A stretch of DNA of 64,000 nucleotides from Pusillimonas sp. (GCA_044464765.1 JBIQKZ010000019.1:4759-68758); one strand, 5' to 3'; positions 8,805 to 19,091 are shown, numbered from the stretch's first letter. Numbers and translations: made by a program. The notes: a model not told the origin generated them from the sequence alone.

Positions 8805-8822
8805 ATCGTGCTATCGGGCGTG
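8805..8822 (+). repeat. Fourth, isolated copy of the repA-parA repeat (atcgtgctatcgggcgtg)
   Basis: 17 of 18 positions match the 6446-6463 copy, in the same orientation. It lies in the non-coding traF-relaxase gap. Confidence 0.55.
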
Positions 8823-9252
8823 TCATGGTCGCTGCCGTCGTCGTGTTGCGGCGCATGCCTGCTGGTGCCGATCCTGTGTATTGCGCATTGCATGCCGCGC
8901 AACCTCTGGCGCAGCCGTCCCACGTGCAGCCGTCTTGCCTCGAACGCGCCTGTCCTGCGGCCTCTGGCACATCCATCAGCGCGTGCGCCGGTGCGCTGGC
9001 TGCACATGCAGCAGCGCCATCGGGCCGCCGACGCCGGGAGCGAAAGCGACAGGCAAAGGCGGAAGGCAAGACAAAAGGGGTCGGCACCCAACCGCCCGCA
9101 AAGCCAGTCTGCACATGGGGGTGGCGCGGCACGATGCGGCGTTGCCGTCGTGCCGCTGGGGGCACGATTCCCGCGCCAAGACGGAGCTGGCCGCGTGCTT
9201 CACACGACCGGCTACGCCACAACTGCATTCAGAACTTACAGGGAGCGTAGCC

Positions 9253-11256
9253 ATGAGCGACCGCCGCGATGATGATTTCCGGGTGCGTCCCAGCGCCCCG
9301 AAGAGCCGGGGCAAGGGTCAAGGCCAAGGTTTTATTTCCAAGGTGCTCAAGCAGACCGGCAAGGCCAGCGGGGGCAAGTCCTCGATGCGCCATTCCGCAG
9401 CCGGTAGCCGTGGCGCACGCACCGGTCAGCGTCCCGGCGCACGCCTGGGTCGCGGCCATACGGCGGCGCGCTTCGCAGGCGCCAATCTCACGCCATTCTC
9501 GCGACGTGTGACTATCAAGACGCTGCTGGTGAATCAGCAACGTGCCAGCTCCCAGTCGCTCGCCAAGCACCTGCGCTACATCGAGCGTGACGGCGCGGGC
9601 CGCGATGGCGAGCCGGGCCAAGCCTATGGGCCACAGACGGACGTCGCCGATCTGGATGCCTTCAAGGAACGCTGCGCCGAGGATCGGCACCATTTCCGCT
9701 TCATTGTCTCGCCCGAAGATGGCGCGGAGCTGGATAACCTAAGGACCTACACCCGGCATCTGGTGAGCCGCATGGAAGCCGACCTGGGTACGCGCCTGGA
9801 TTGGGTGGCGGTGGATCACTGGAATACCGATAATCCGCACACCCACCTGATCGTGCGCGGGCGCGACGATACCGGCCAAGACCTCATCGTTGCGGGCGAC
9901 TATATCGCCCAGGGCTTGCGTCATCGTGCTTCAGAACTGGCGACCGAATGGCTGGGGCCGCGCACCGAACGGGAGATCCAGCAGACCATGCAGCGCGAAG
10001 TGGAACAGGAGCGATGGACGAGCCTGGACCGCACTCTGCAAAGTGAGATCGGCGAGGATGGCCGGGTGCAGATCCAACGCTTCAATGAGCCGAACTTGCA
10101 ACGCCAGCGCCTGCTGCTGATCGGTCGCCTGCAACGCTTGCAGCGCCTGGGGCTGGCCGATGAAATACAGCCCGGCACCTGGGCCATGCACACCGACGCT
10201 GAAAAAACCTTGCGCGCCCTGGGCGAGCGGGGCGACATTATCCGCACCATGCAGCGGGCCATGAGCGGAAAACAACGCGAACTTGCCGTATTCGAGCCGG
10301 GCCAAGATGACGATGGAGGTGGACGCGCCATCGTTGGGCGCGTGGCGGCCAAGGGGCTGGATGATGAGCTGCGCGACCGGGGCTATCTGGTGATCGACGG
10401 CGTGGACGGCAAGGCCCATTACGTTGCACTCAATGCTCGCGACGAACCGGCCAACTATCCGACTGGCGCGGTGGTGGAAGTGAAGGGTTTCGCCGACATC
10501 CGGGGGGCTGACCGCAACATCGTGGAGCTGGCCAGCGACGGTCTGTATCGGACCGATCATCATCTTGCCATTGAGCAAGGCCGGGTCAAGGCTGGGCGCG
10601 ACCCGCAGGAAGTGGTCGCGTCGCACGTTCGTCGGTTGGAAGCCTTGCGCCGCGCCGGCATCGTGGAACGCCTTGCCGAAGGACTATGGAAAGTACCGGG
10701 CGATCTGCCCGAACAAGGCCGTCAGTATGATGCGCAGCGCCTGGGCGGTGTGGCGGTGGAACTGAAATCGCCCTTGCAGATTGAACGGCAAGCCCGCGTG
10801 ATCGGGGCTACCTGGCTCGATCAGCAACTGATCAGGGGTGGCAAGGGGTTGGGGGATGTGGGCTTTGGGGGCGAGGCCAAGCAAGCCATGCAGCAGCGCG
10901 CCGATTTCCTTGAGGAACAGGGGCTGGCTCAGCGGCGTGGACAGCGCGTGCTCCTTGCCCGAAATCTGCTGGGCACACTACGTAACCGGGAACTGACCCA
11001 GGTGGCTAGGGACATTGTCACAGAAACAGGCCTGGAGCATCGACCTATCACAGATGGGCAGCGCGTGGCCGGTATCTACAGGCGTAATGTCATGCTTGCC
11101 AGTGGGCGCTACGCGATGCTGGACGACGGCATGGGCTTCTCCCTGGTGCCGTGGCGACCGGTGATCGAGCAGCGGCTGGGCCAGCAGGTCGCTGCAACAG
11201 TGCATGGCGGTAGGGTGTCGTGGGAGATTGGGCGACAGCGAAGCCCTTCCGTTTGA
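9253..11256 (+). CDS. traI: Conjugative relaxase (VirD2-like, DUF3363-containing; TraI/RlxS type)
   Basis: ATG at 9253 is preceded by GGGAG. The histidine triad region is VDHWNTDNPHTHLIVRGRD. The 154 upstream codons of the ORF-track entry look non-coding. Confidence 0.88.
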   Translation: MSDRRDDDFRVRPSAPKSRGKGQGQGFISKVLKQTGKASGGKSSMRHSAAGSRGARTGQRPGARLGRGHTAARFAGANLTPFSRRVTIKTLLVNQQRASSQSLAKHLRYIERDGAGRDGEPGQAYGPQTDVADLDAFKERCAEDRHHFRFIVSPEDGAELDNLRTYTRHLVSRMEADLGTRLDWVAVDHWNTDNPHTHLIVRGRDDTGQDLIVAGDYIAQGLRHRASELATEWLGPRTEREIQQTMQREVEQERWTSLDRTLQSEIGEDGRVQIQRFNEPNLQRQRLLLIGRLQRLQRLGLADEIQPGTWAMHTDAEKTLRALGERGDIIRTMQRAMSGKQRELAVFEPGQDDDGGGRAIVGRVAAKGLDDELRDRGYLVIDGVDGKAHYVALNARDEPANYPTGAVVEVKGFADIRGADRNIVELASDGLYRTDHHLAIEQGRVKAGRDPQEVVASHVRRLEALRRAGIVERLAEGLWKVPGDLPEQGRQYDAQRLGGVAVELKSPLQIERQARVIGATWLDQQLIRGGKGLGDVGFGGEAKQAMQQRADFLEEQGLAQRRGQRVLLARNLLGTLRNRELTQVARDIVTETGLEHRPITDGQRVAGIYRRNVMLASGRYAMLDDGMGFSLVPWRPVIEQRLGQQVAATVHGGRVSWEIGRQRSPSV

Positions 11257-11270
11257 AGTTTACTTTGTGA

Positions 11271-12185
11271 TTAATCATCCGCCTCAGTGATTAACCACTC
11301 CCTGAATGCCGCTAATCTGGGCAGATTGGCGCATTCGGGCCTGTAAACGATGTAATAAGACACATTCAACGCAAAGCTGATGTCAGGGAATAGCCTCACC
11401 AGGCGCCCGCTCGACAGATCGTCGCGGGCCATGATACTGCGTGCCAGCGCGATGCCATGCCCCTCAATAGCTGCCTGCAGCACGGCTGCAGAATTATTGA
11501 TCTGCATGCCGCGACGGATCGTCGCTGTGTCACTAACTCCGGCTTTCTTCATCCACTCCTCCCAGGTCGGGAAGCCCGAATGGCCGGGCATCGTCAAGTC
11601 ATGGATAAGTGTTTCGCGGATTAGATCACCTGGCTTTCGTAGTTGCCTGCGCTGACGCAGCAGTTCAGGAGAGCATACGGGAAAAGCTTCTTCATCCATG
11701 AGCTTGTCGGCCTTCATGCCTGGCCAGTTTCCCATCCCGTAGCGCACACCGATATCGATGCGCTGGGCTGCGAAGTCCACCGATTTGTGATTGGTGTCCA
11801 AGCGTACATCAATGTCTGGACAAGCGGTCTGGAATCGATCTATGCGCGGCAGTAGCCACTTGGCGGCAAATGCCGGGCTTACCGTCACGGTGAGTATCCC
11901 GCTGGTTGATCCCTCTTGTAGCTGTTCCATGCCCAACCTCAACCGGTCGAAACCGACCCGTATGTCTGGCAGCGCACGTTCAGCCACCTCGGTCGGGCTC
12001 AGCCGCGCCTTCCCGCTGTTGACCCGCACGAACAGCGGCGTACCGAGCCAGTCTTCCAGTGTGCGCACGAGTTGGCCCACGGCTGCTGGCGTGACGTTCA
12101 GCTCGGTCGCGGCTGCGGAAAAGCTCTGGTGGCGAGCACTGGCTTCAAACGCTCGCAAGGCGTTCAGATGGACAGGCGACTTCAT
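11271..12185 (-). CDS. LysR-family regulator (GcvA-like)
   Basis: N-terminal HTH LNALRAFEASARHQSFSAAATELNVTPAAVGQLVRTLE, followed by a typical LysR substrate-binding domain. Confidence 0.9.
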   Translation of the reverse strand: MKSPVHLNALRAFEASARHQSFSAAATELNVTPAAVGQLVRTLEDWLGTPLFVRVNSGKARLSPTEVAERALPDIRVGFDRLRLGMEQLQEGSTSGILTVTVSPAFAAKWLLPRIDRFQTACPDIDVRLDTNHKSVDFAAQRIDIGVRYGMGNWPGMKADKLMDEEAFPVCSPELLRQRRQLRKPGDLIRETLIHDLTMPGHSGFPTWEEWMKKAGVSDTATIRRGMQINNSAAVLQAAIEGHGIALARSIMARDDLSSGRLVRLFPDISFALNVSYYIVYRPECANLPRLAAFREWLITEADD

Positions 12186-12314
12186 AGCGATAAATATTTT
12201 CTTTCAGTGGCTGATACTTTATCTCATTTGTCACCATAGCGGATCAAGGGAAGAATGATATCTGCCAATGACAGGTATCGACCGAAGGTTACGCAGCAAA
12301 CAAACATCGAAAAG

Positions 12315-12348
12315 CTTTCAGAAATAATAGTTTTTCTTTGTCTGAAAG
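12315..12348. promoter_or_regulatory. Inverted repeat in the divergent LysR/SDR promoter region
   Basis: ctttcaga - 18 nt - tctgaaag gives perfect 8-bp arms in AT-rich intergenic DNA. Confidence 0.35.
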
Positions 12349-12476
12349 TGTGTATTCAACAGCATAGTTTTGTCGTCTGATCAGGGGTCTTACCCATTGT
12401 CGGTTGTCGATACCGAACGTCAATGCAGCGCGTTTCATTTTTTTTGCAAATTTACAGACCAATAGAGGTTATTCAG

Positions 12477-13250
12477 ATGAGTAATCAATTCAAGGATAAG
12501 AAGTTATTGGTCGTCGGCGGCACCAGCGGGATGGGCCTGGAGACCGCACGCATGGTCCTTGCCGACGGAGGTAGCGCAGTCATCGTGGGTAGCCGTCCGG
12601 AGAAGATCGAGGACGCGCGTAAGGAAGTGGCCGCGTTGGGCGAGGTCGGGGCATTGACGGCCGACCTGGCCAGTGATGAGGGCGTGGCTGAACTGCTCAA
12701 GGCCATCGACGAGCAGCACTCCGATATCGATCTGCTGGTGAATGCTGCGGGCGTGTTTGTGCCCAAGCCTTTCCTGGAGCATTCGGAAGCCGACTACGAC
12801 AGCTATATGAGGCTGAACAAGGCGCTCTTCTTCATTACCCAGAAGGTCGCTGGCAATTTGGTTGCCAAGGAAAAACCTGGCGCGATTGTCAATATCGGTT
12901 CAATGTGGGCCAAACAAGCCATTGCGGCCACGCCATCTTCGGCCTATTCGATGGCCAAGGCCGGCTTGCATTCGCTAACGCAGCACCTCGCAATGGAATT
13001 GGCATCGAAGCGCATTCGAGTCAATGCCGTGTCACCGGCCGTGGTAGAGACTCCCATCTACGAAGGTTTCATTCCCAAGGAAGAAGTGCACGGCGCGTTG
13101 CAAGGTTTTAACGCGTTTCATCCCATCGGCCGTATCGGTACTCCCCGGGACATTGCTGAAGCTGTCACTTTCCTGCTTTCCGACAAGGCGGGCTGGGTCA
13201 CGGGCGCCATCTGGGACGTGGACGGCGGCGTGATGGCCGGCCGCAACTAA
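12477..13250 (+). CDS. Short-chain dehydrogenase/reductase (SDR)
   Basis: Cofactor motif VVGGTSGMG and catalytic YSMAK. RBS AGAGG lies upstream of ATG 12477. Confidence 0.9.
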   Translation: MSNQFKDKKLLVVGGTSGMGLETARMVLADGGSAVIVGSRPEKIEDARKEVAALGEVGALTADLASDEGVAELLKAIDEQHSDIDLLVNAAGVFVPKPFLEHSEADYDSYMRLNKALFFITQKVAGNLVAKEKPGAIVNIGSMWAKQAIAATPSSAYSMAKAGLHSLTQHLAMELASKRIRVNAVSPAVVETPIYEGFIPKEEVHGALQGFNAFHPIGRIGTPRDIAEAVTFLLSDKAGWVTGAIWDVDGGVMAGRN

Positions 13251-13327
13251 CGCATGGGGGGCAAGGGCTTGGCGCTTTCCCCTTCCTGCCTCTATTTCAT
13301 CAACCGACCTTGCAAGGAGAAATTCAC

Positions 13328-13609
13328 ATGGTCTATCTACAGATAACCCTCAAGATTACTGAAGAAAACCGCGCGGCTGCCGCCGGCGTCTACCAGCAGT
13401 ACAAGGCTCCGTTTCTTGATTCCATTGCAGGCGCCAGATCGAAAGAACTGTTGGTGCGTGACGAAGACGTACAGGTGCTGCACGGCTTCGATACTAAAGA
13501 GCATGCGAGCGCCTATCTACAAAGCGATATGTTCACTGCTGACGTGGTTGCCGGTTTGAAGCCGCTGCTCGATGCTGACCCCGACGTGCGCATCTACCAA
13601 GTTGCATGA
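13328..13609 (+). CDS. Small conserved-looking protein of unknown function (93 aa)
   Basis: Strong RBS AAGGAGA 6 nt before the ATG, and tight operon context. I recognise no motif. Confidence 0.55.
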   Translation: MVYLQITLKITEENRAAAAGVYQQYKAPFLDSIAGARSKELLVRDEDVQVLHGFDTKEHASAYLQSDMFTADVVAGLKPLLDADPDVRIYQVA

Positions 13610-13677
13610 TATTCATCATTGCCAGGTGTACAAACCGTTCACCTGGCATTTTCTTTACACTGCAAGGTTGTGATCTT

Positions 13678-14023
13678 ATGATGCAAGACTGGAATGCCTA
13701 TCGCGACTCACTGGTGGCGCGCATTGGTGACTATGCTCAGCAAAGCCCGACGGTGATGCAGGCGCTATCGACTCTTAGCGGAGTCGTTGAACAGGGCGGT
13801 CACCTGACGCCCAAGATGCACGAGTTGATCGCGCTGGCTGTGGCGGTGACCACCCGTTGTGACGGCTGCATTGCCGTGCATACAAAAAAAAGCGGCGGAA
13901 TTCGGTGCCACCTTGGAGGAGATTTCCGAGGCGTTGGGTGTTGCCATCGCACTGAATGCGGGCGCGGCGCTGACCTATTCGGCTCGTGTGCTTGACGCTC
14001 ACGCACAACTACCCAACAGATGA
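13678..14023 (+). pseudogene. Carboxymuconolactone decarboxylase (AhpD-like) family gene interrupted by a frameshift in an A8 run
   Basis: N-terminal frame reads ...ELIALAVAVTTRCDGCIAVHTKK. After A8 (13884-13891) the shifted downstream frame (one A fewer would join it to the N-terminal frame) reads AAEFGATLEEISEALGVAIALNAGAALTYSARVLDAHAQLPNR and stops at 14021-14023. That is the expected family C-terminus. Confidence 0.75.
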
Positions 14024-14090
14024 GTTACGCGACGACTGGCGGAATATCCCTTGATCCGGAACACTCTCTGTTACTGCCGCGATAGGAATA

Positions 14091-14768
14091 ATGCCCATGC
14101 TTATCAACGCAGATTTTTCGCAGCGCGCTAGCGTAACGCCGCAGCAATATGAATGGGTGCCTTCGCCACAAGAGGGCGTCGAGCGGGTGATGCTCGACCG
14201 GGTGGGCGGGGAGCAAGCTCGCGCAACCAGTATTGTGCGATATGCCCCCGAGTCCTATTTCCCGCGTCATCAGCATCCGGGCGGTGAAGAGATCTTGGTG
14301 CTGTCCGGCACCTTCTCTGAGGACGGCATGCATTACCCGGCGGGTTGGTACCTGCGCAGTCCCCCAGGCTCGGGCCACCAGCCCTCCAGCCGAGAAGGGT
14401 GCACCATTTTCGTCAAACTGCAGCAGATGCAAGCAAACGAACAGCGCGTGGTGCGGATTGACACACAGTCGGCATCGGCCTGGCACCGTCAGGGCAATCG
14501 TGAAGTCTGTCCTCTGTTTTCCGATGAAATCGAGCAGGTCAGCCTGCAACGGCTGGTGCCCGGTGAAGCCCTTTTTATCGACCCGCTAAAAGGCGGCGAG
14601 TTTTTGGTGCTGGCTGGCGTCGTGGTGATGGACGGCCAACGCTATGAACGCGGCAGTTGGATGCGTGTGCCGCTGGGCCAGTGCCTGGAAATCGCTGCAG
14701 AAGAGGCACACGGCGCTACCTTCTATCTCAAAACCGGCCATTTGGCCGGCATAATGGCAGGGGAATGA
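14091..14768 (+). CDS. Cupin-domain protein (ChrR-C-terminal-like cupin, no anti-sigma domain)
   Basis: Cupin metal motif FPRHQHPGGEEILVLSG...H, followed by a second cupin-like half. Confidence 0.7.
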   Translation: MPMLINADFSQRASVTPQQYEWVPSPQEGVERVMLDRVGGEQARATSIVRYAPESYFPRHQHPGGEEILVLSGTFSEDGMHYPAGWYLRSPPGSGHQPSSREGCTIFVKLQQMQANEQRVVRIDTQSASAWHRQGNREVCPLFSDEIEQVSLQRLVPGEALFIDPLKGGEFLVLAGVVVMDGQRYERGSWMRVPLGQCLEIAAEEAHGATFYLKTGHLAGIMAGE

Positions 14769-15886
14769 ATGTGCGGACGGTACGCATCGCTATCATAGGC
14801 GGCGGTCTGGCCGGACTGTATGCGGCGCGGCTGCTTGAGCAACAAGGCATCCATGACTATGTGGTGCTTGAGGCGCGCCCTACCTGGGGCGGCCGAATTG
14901 CTTCCATCTCTCCGACCGCAGGCAGCCTGCTGCTTGACCGTTTCGATCTGGGGCCAACATGGTTCTGGCCCGTCTATCAGCGGGACCTCGAGCGCCTTAT
15001 CGACAGCCTTGGACTCAATTGCTTCGCGCAACACGAAGAGGGCGATATGGTCGTCGAGTATGCGGACGCAAGGCCCAAGCGCGTGCGGGGTTATGGTTCT
15101 GAACCGCCATCCGTGCGGCTGGCGGGTGGCATGGGCGCGCTGATCGATGCCATAGTTGCCCGCCTGGACTCGAGCAACTTGATCTCTGGCCTGTCTGTGC
15201 GACGGCTGCGGTGCAATGGCCCGCATATGGAGCTGGATGCTGAAGATGATCAAGGCCACTCCACCTCCTATCGTGCAGACCATGTGCTTCTGGCTGTTCC
15301 GCCACGCCTTGCCGCCGCCACCATCGATTTTTCTCCTGCGTTGCCTGAGGTGGTGGCGCACGCTTGGCGCGACACCGCGACATGGATGGCGTCGCACGCC
15401 AAGTACATCGCCATCTATGACGAACCGTTCTGGCGCGGCCAAGGCCTGTCCGGAGAGGCTCGCAGTGCCAAGGGCCCGTTGGGCGAGATTCATGACGCCT
15501 CGATGCCTGGCGGCAGCGCCGCATTATTCGGCTTCTTCGGCGTACCGGCGGGCGTACGTCGCGGTGTTCCCGAGGAAGTGCTGCACGCGCATTGCCGCGT
15601 CCAATTTGCGCGCCTGTTCGGGGCGGAAGCGTCGACGCCCAAAGCGGATTTCATTAAGGACTGGGCCGTGGACCCTTGCACAGCGACGCCGCTCGACACC
15701 GAGGCGGCGACCCATCACGCTAATGTGCCTATCGCCACCGTGCAGGAAGGTGCATGGCGTAATCGAATCGTGGGCATTGCCAGCGAATGGTCAACACAGT
15801 TTCCGGGTTATGTCGCAGGGGCTATTGATGCGGCGGAGCGTGGGGTGCAGGCGTTGTTGCCAAAACTGACGGAGGTAAAGACATGA
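14765..15886 (+). CDS. FAD-dependent amine-oxidase-family oxidoreductase
   Basis: ATGA overlap with the cupin stop. Dinucleotide fold VRIAIIGGGLAGLYAARLL. Confidence 0.85.
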   Translation: MNVRTVRIAIIGGGLAGLYAARLLEQQGIHDYVVLEARPTWGGRIASISPTAGSLLLDRFDLGPTWFWPVYQRDLERLIDSLGLNCFAQHEEGDMVVEYADARPKRVRGYGSEPPSVRLAGGMGALIDAIVARLDSSNLISGLSVRRLRCNGPHMELDAEDDQGHSTSYRADHVLLAVPPRLAAATIDFSPALPEVVAHAWRDTATWMASHAKYIAIYDEPFWRGQGLSGEARSAKGPLGEIHDASMPGGSAALFGFFGVPAGVRRGVPEEVLHAHCRVQFARLFGAEASTPKADFIKDWAVDPCTATPLDTEAATHHANVPIATVQEGAWRNRIVGIASEWSTQFPGYVAGAIDAAERGVQALLPKLTEVKT

Positions 15887-16917
15887 GTGCTGCTGATCGC
15901 ACAATCTATCGAGCCATGCAGGTTGGCCGCTCGGGCGAGCTGGAGCTGGTGGAGCGTCCAACCCCCGTACCGGGCTTGGGGCAGGCCGTGATTGCAATAG
16001 AAGCTTGCGGCATTTGTGGGGCGGATATCTCCGACATTGATAAGGCCGATCGCGCCATGCAACCACCTCGGGTGCCTGGCCATGAGGTGGTCGGGCGCAT
16101 TGCGGCGCTGGGTGCTGGCGTGCCTTCAACCTGGAGGCTCGGTCAACGCGTAGGGGTGGGCTGCCTTGGCGGCCACTGCAATGAGTGTATTCAATGTCGG
16201 CAAGGCCATTTCCAGCTTTGCCTGAACCAGCCGGTCGTTGGTAGCACTTGCGACGGCGGCTACGCTGAAATGATGTTGGTGCGCCATACAGGCTTGGTGG
16301 CCATTCCCGATGAACTGAGTTCAGAGGAGGCTGCGCCGATCCTCTGTGCGGGCATCGCCACCTTTAACGCACTCAGAAAGTGCGGTGCACAGCCCGGTGA
16401 TCTGGTCGCCATTTTGGGGATCGGTGGACTGGGACACATGGCGCTGCAGTATGCACGCAAGATGGGGTTCAAAGTTGTGGCTGTGGGGCGCGGGGAAGAC
16501 ATTGCTGAGGATGCCTTGAACCTGGGGGCGCATGTCTATATCGACGTGAACCGGGATGATGCCGGTGAAGCGCTCAAAGGTCTCGGGGGCGCTGCCGCTA
16601 TCGTGACAACCATCAGCAACGCCGCAGCGGTGTCCAGTGCCCTGGCAGGCCTCGCCCCGCAGGGGCGCCTGGTGGTGCTCGGCGCAGGCAAGGATTCATT
16701 ATCCATGCCTACTGGTTTTGTCGTGGGTGGGGAGCGCGGACTACTGGGTTCGATCACCGGCACGCCCTACGAAAATGAGCGGGCGCTGCAGTTCAGCGTG
16801 CTGACCGATGTGCGTCCGCAGATCGAGCTCATGCCGCTGGAACGCGCCAATGACGCTTACCAACGCATGAAGGCCGGTGACGTCAAGTTTCGCATAGTGT
16901 TAACAATGAAACACTGA
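15883..16917 (+). CDS. Zinc-dependent alcohol dehydrogenase family protein
   Basis: Motifs GHEVVGRI, a structural-Zn Cys cluster CNECIQCRQGHFQLC and NAD fold GIGGLGH. It overlaps the upstream gene by 4 nt. Confidence 0.9.
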   Translation: MSAADRTIYRAMQVGRSGELELVERPTPVPGLGQAVIAIEACGICGADISDIDKADRAMQPPRVPGHEVVGRIAALGAGVPSTWRLGQRVGVGCLGGHCNECIQCRQGHFQLCLNQPVVGSTCDGGYAEMMLVRHTGLVAIPDELSSEEAAPILCAGIATFNALRKCGAQPGDLVAILGIGGLGHMALQYARKMGFKVVAVGRGEDIAEDALNLGAHVYIDVNRDDAGEALKGLGGAAAIVTTISNAAAVSSALAGLAPQGRLVVLGAGKDSLSMPTGFVVGGERGLLGSITGTPYENERALQFSVLTDVRPQIELMPLERANDAYQRMKAGDVKFRIVLTMKH

Positions 16918-16929
16918 CACGGACCGAGT

Positions 16930-17427
16930 ATGACAAGTTCAACGCAAGCCATTATTACCGCCGCCATGATCGGGATCGGGGGCACAATCGTTCTTGATAT
17001 CTACGCGTTCATCCTGCAGCGGGTCTTTGGTGTGCCAGCGACCAACTGGAAAATGGTTGGCCGCTGGGTCGGACATATGTCTGCCGGCCAGTTCATTCAA
17101 CGTAATATGGAGCAGACGAAGCCTGTAACTGGGGAACATGCGCTTGGCTGGTTTATCCACTATGCCATTGGCATTGCTTACGGTCTGCTGCTCGTGGTGA
17201 TCTGGGGGCCAGGCTGGCTACAGAAACCTGGCATTGCGGAACCACTGACCCTGGCACTGCTATTACTCGTTTTACCCTATTTTTTCATGATGCCTGGCAT
17301 GGGTATGGGGATGGCAGGATCACGCACGCCCAAACCCAATGTGACTCGGATGAAGAGTGTTATCGGCCACTCGATATTCGGTGGTGGCATGTATCTGACC
17401 GCGTGGCTGATGAAAGCTATCGTCTGA
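16930..17427 (+). CDS. DUF2938-type small membrane protein
   Basis: 165 aa with about 4 TM segments. The pattern NWKMVGRWVGHM resembles DUF2938. Confidence 0.6.
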   Translation: MTSSTQAIITAAMIGIGGTIVLDIYAFILQRVFGVPATNWKMVGRWVGHMSAGQFIQRNMEQTKPVTGEHALGWFIHYAIGIAYGLLLVVIWGPGWLQKPGIAEPLTLALLLLVLPYFFMMPGMGMGMAGSRTPKPNVTRMKSVIGHSIFGGGMYLTAWLMKAIV

Positions 17428-17504
17428 CGAAGGTGAGACGGCGTCGCCACAGCATCCATGATTCGCGCGGCCGTAGAAGATCCAATAAATTGGTGGGTCA
17501 TCCT

Positions 17505-19091
17505 CTACTCCGAAGCAATTGGTGGGATAGAAGAGGAACCCCGCAACGTAATGTTCGGCATGCGCAGTGTGACCAGGAACGCGAGCGCGCAGATGAGCGC
17601 CGCCGTAGCAAACGTGAATCCGAAATTCGATGTCAGTGTTGCTGTGTTTTGTGCTAATTCGCTACCGGAGTACGAGAGCCTGCCATCATGCTGCATGGAA
17701 TCCCGAGATATAGCCAAGCCGGACGCTATTAAGGCACCCGCTAACGTCGATCCACCAGCTCCTCCGATTGAACGTAGAACGAGCAACGCGCCGGTTCCCG
17801 CGCCGACGTCTTTTGCGGACACTGCATTCTGCGCGCTGATGATAGTGCCGAGGAGGCATACACCTATCCCCGGCGCGGTCACGATCATGGCGGCAATCAA
17901 TACCCATAGCGGCGCATTGAGCGGCAGGGCCGCCAGCAGAACTAGCCCTGTGAAGGTAAGGGCGGTAGCGGCGCGCAACACGCCACGTATCGTGCCGTAG
18001 CGTCGTACGTATATGCTTCCAAGGACGTTGCCGCCGACGTTTGCTAACAAGAAAGGAGCAACGTACAGGCCGGATTGAGCAGCCGTCGCGCCGCGAACCA
18101 GTTGGAAATACAGCGGGATAGAGAAAAGGCACAGGAAAAGCAATATCGCCGCGAGTGTGGATACCAAGACGCTGGAAACATAGCTGGAGTTTGCGAAAAC
18201 GGGTGGTGGCAGTACGGGATCATGCGCTCGCTTCTCCTGCGCCACCAGGAGGAGCGTTAGCACGCAGCCTAGTCCGAACAGGCCTAAGATATGAAAGGAT
18301 AGCCATTCATACTCATGCCCGCCCCATCCCAGTGCCAGCAGAAGACAAGAGATGGCTCCAGTCAGTATCAACATTCCCAGAAGGTCTATGCGGGCGGCGT
18401 CCGTTTTTCCAGAAGGATTCAAACGTTTTAAACCCTTATTGCAGGCCCACATGGCCACGGCGCCAAGAGGCAGGTTTATCCAGAAGATCCATTGCCAAGA
18501 CCAGTGTTCCGCGACCAAACCGCCAATGACGGGGCCGCTGACTGACGCGATGGCCCACACGGCAGATAGATATCCCTGGTATCGGCCTCGCTCACGAGGC
18601 GGCACCACGTCTGCAATGGCTGACTGCGCCAGGGCCATCAGGCCGCCGCCTCCCAGGCCTTGCAGGGCCCGGAACCAGATCAATTGGGGGAGTGTCTGGG
18701 CGAGTGCACACAATATCGACGTTGCAATGAAGATACTGATGCAAGTCAGAAGCAGACGCCGACGGCCATAGGTATCGGAGAGCTTTCCATAGATAGGCGT
18801 GCTGATGGTCGACGTTAAAAGATAAGCGGCAATGACCCAGGAAAGTTGTTCATAGGTACCGAAATCACTCGCAATCGCGGGCAGGGCGGGGATGACCACC
18901 GTTTGATCGAGCGCCGCCAAGAGTATGCAAAGAATGACTCCGGCGATCACGCGCATTGCATCGGAGTGCCTAAAAGCACTCTCCGAGTGATCGCCGGCCT
19001 TGCCTTGGATCTGGTGAATGGATCCAGATGACAAAATGGCTCTCCGATGTAGCGAACTGGCCGACGGTCTTTGGTCGGTTCGTGGCTTCAT
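17505..19091 (-). CDS. MFS transporter, DHA2 (EmrB/QacA-like, about 14 TMS)
   Basis: 528 aa. The motifs [17 protein letters not shown] and [11 protein letters not shown] are typical of DHA2. ATGA overlap with the upstream MFS gene. Confidence 0.88.
   Translation of the reverse strand: MKPRTDQRPSASSLHRRAILSSGSIHQIQGKAGDHSESAFRHSDAMRVIAGVILCILLAALDQTVVIPALPAIASDFGTYEQLSWVIAAYLLTSTISTPIYGKLSDTYGRRRLLLTCISIFIATSILCALAQTLPQLIWFRALQGLGGGGLMALAQSAIADVVPPRERGRYQGYLSAVWAIASVSGPVIGGLVAEHWSWQWIFWINLPLGAVAMWACNKGLKRLNPSGKTDAARIDLLGMLILTGAISCLLLALGWGGHEYEWLSFHILGLFGLGCVLTLLLVAQEKRAHDPVLPPPVFANSSYVSSVLVSTLAAILLFLCLFSIPLYFQLVRGATAAQSGLYVAPFLLANVGGNVLGSIYVRRYGTIRGVLRAATALTFTGLVLLAALPLNAPLWVLIAAMIVTAPGIGVCLLGTIISAQNAVSAKDVGAGTGALLVLRSIGGAGGSTLAGALIASGLAISRDSMQHDGRLSYSGSELAQNTATLTSNFGFTFATAALICALAFLVTLRMPNITLRGSSSIPPIASE

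Noticed and set aside
8871-8876. ATCCTG hexamer resembling the RP4-type nic core (YATCCTG/Y)
   Set aside because: A 6-mer is expected dozens of times in 64 kb by chance. The nearest inverted repeat lies on the wrong side for the RP4 arrangement. It is not sufficient to call a nick site.
8791-9252. 154-codon N-terminal extension of the relaxase ORF in the track
   Set aside because: The extension is Cys/Arg-rich and unlike relaxase N-termini. A good ATG with GGGAG lies at 9253 and yields the conserved MSDRRDDDFRVRP start.
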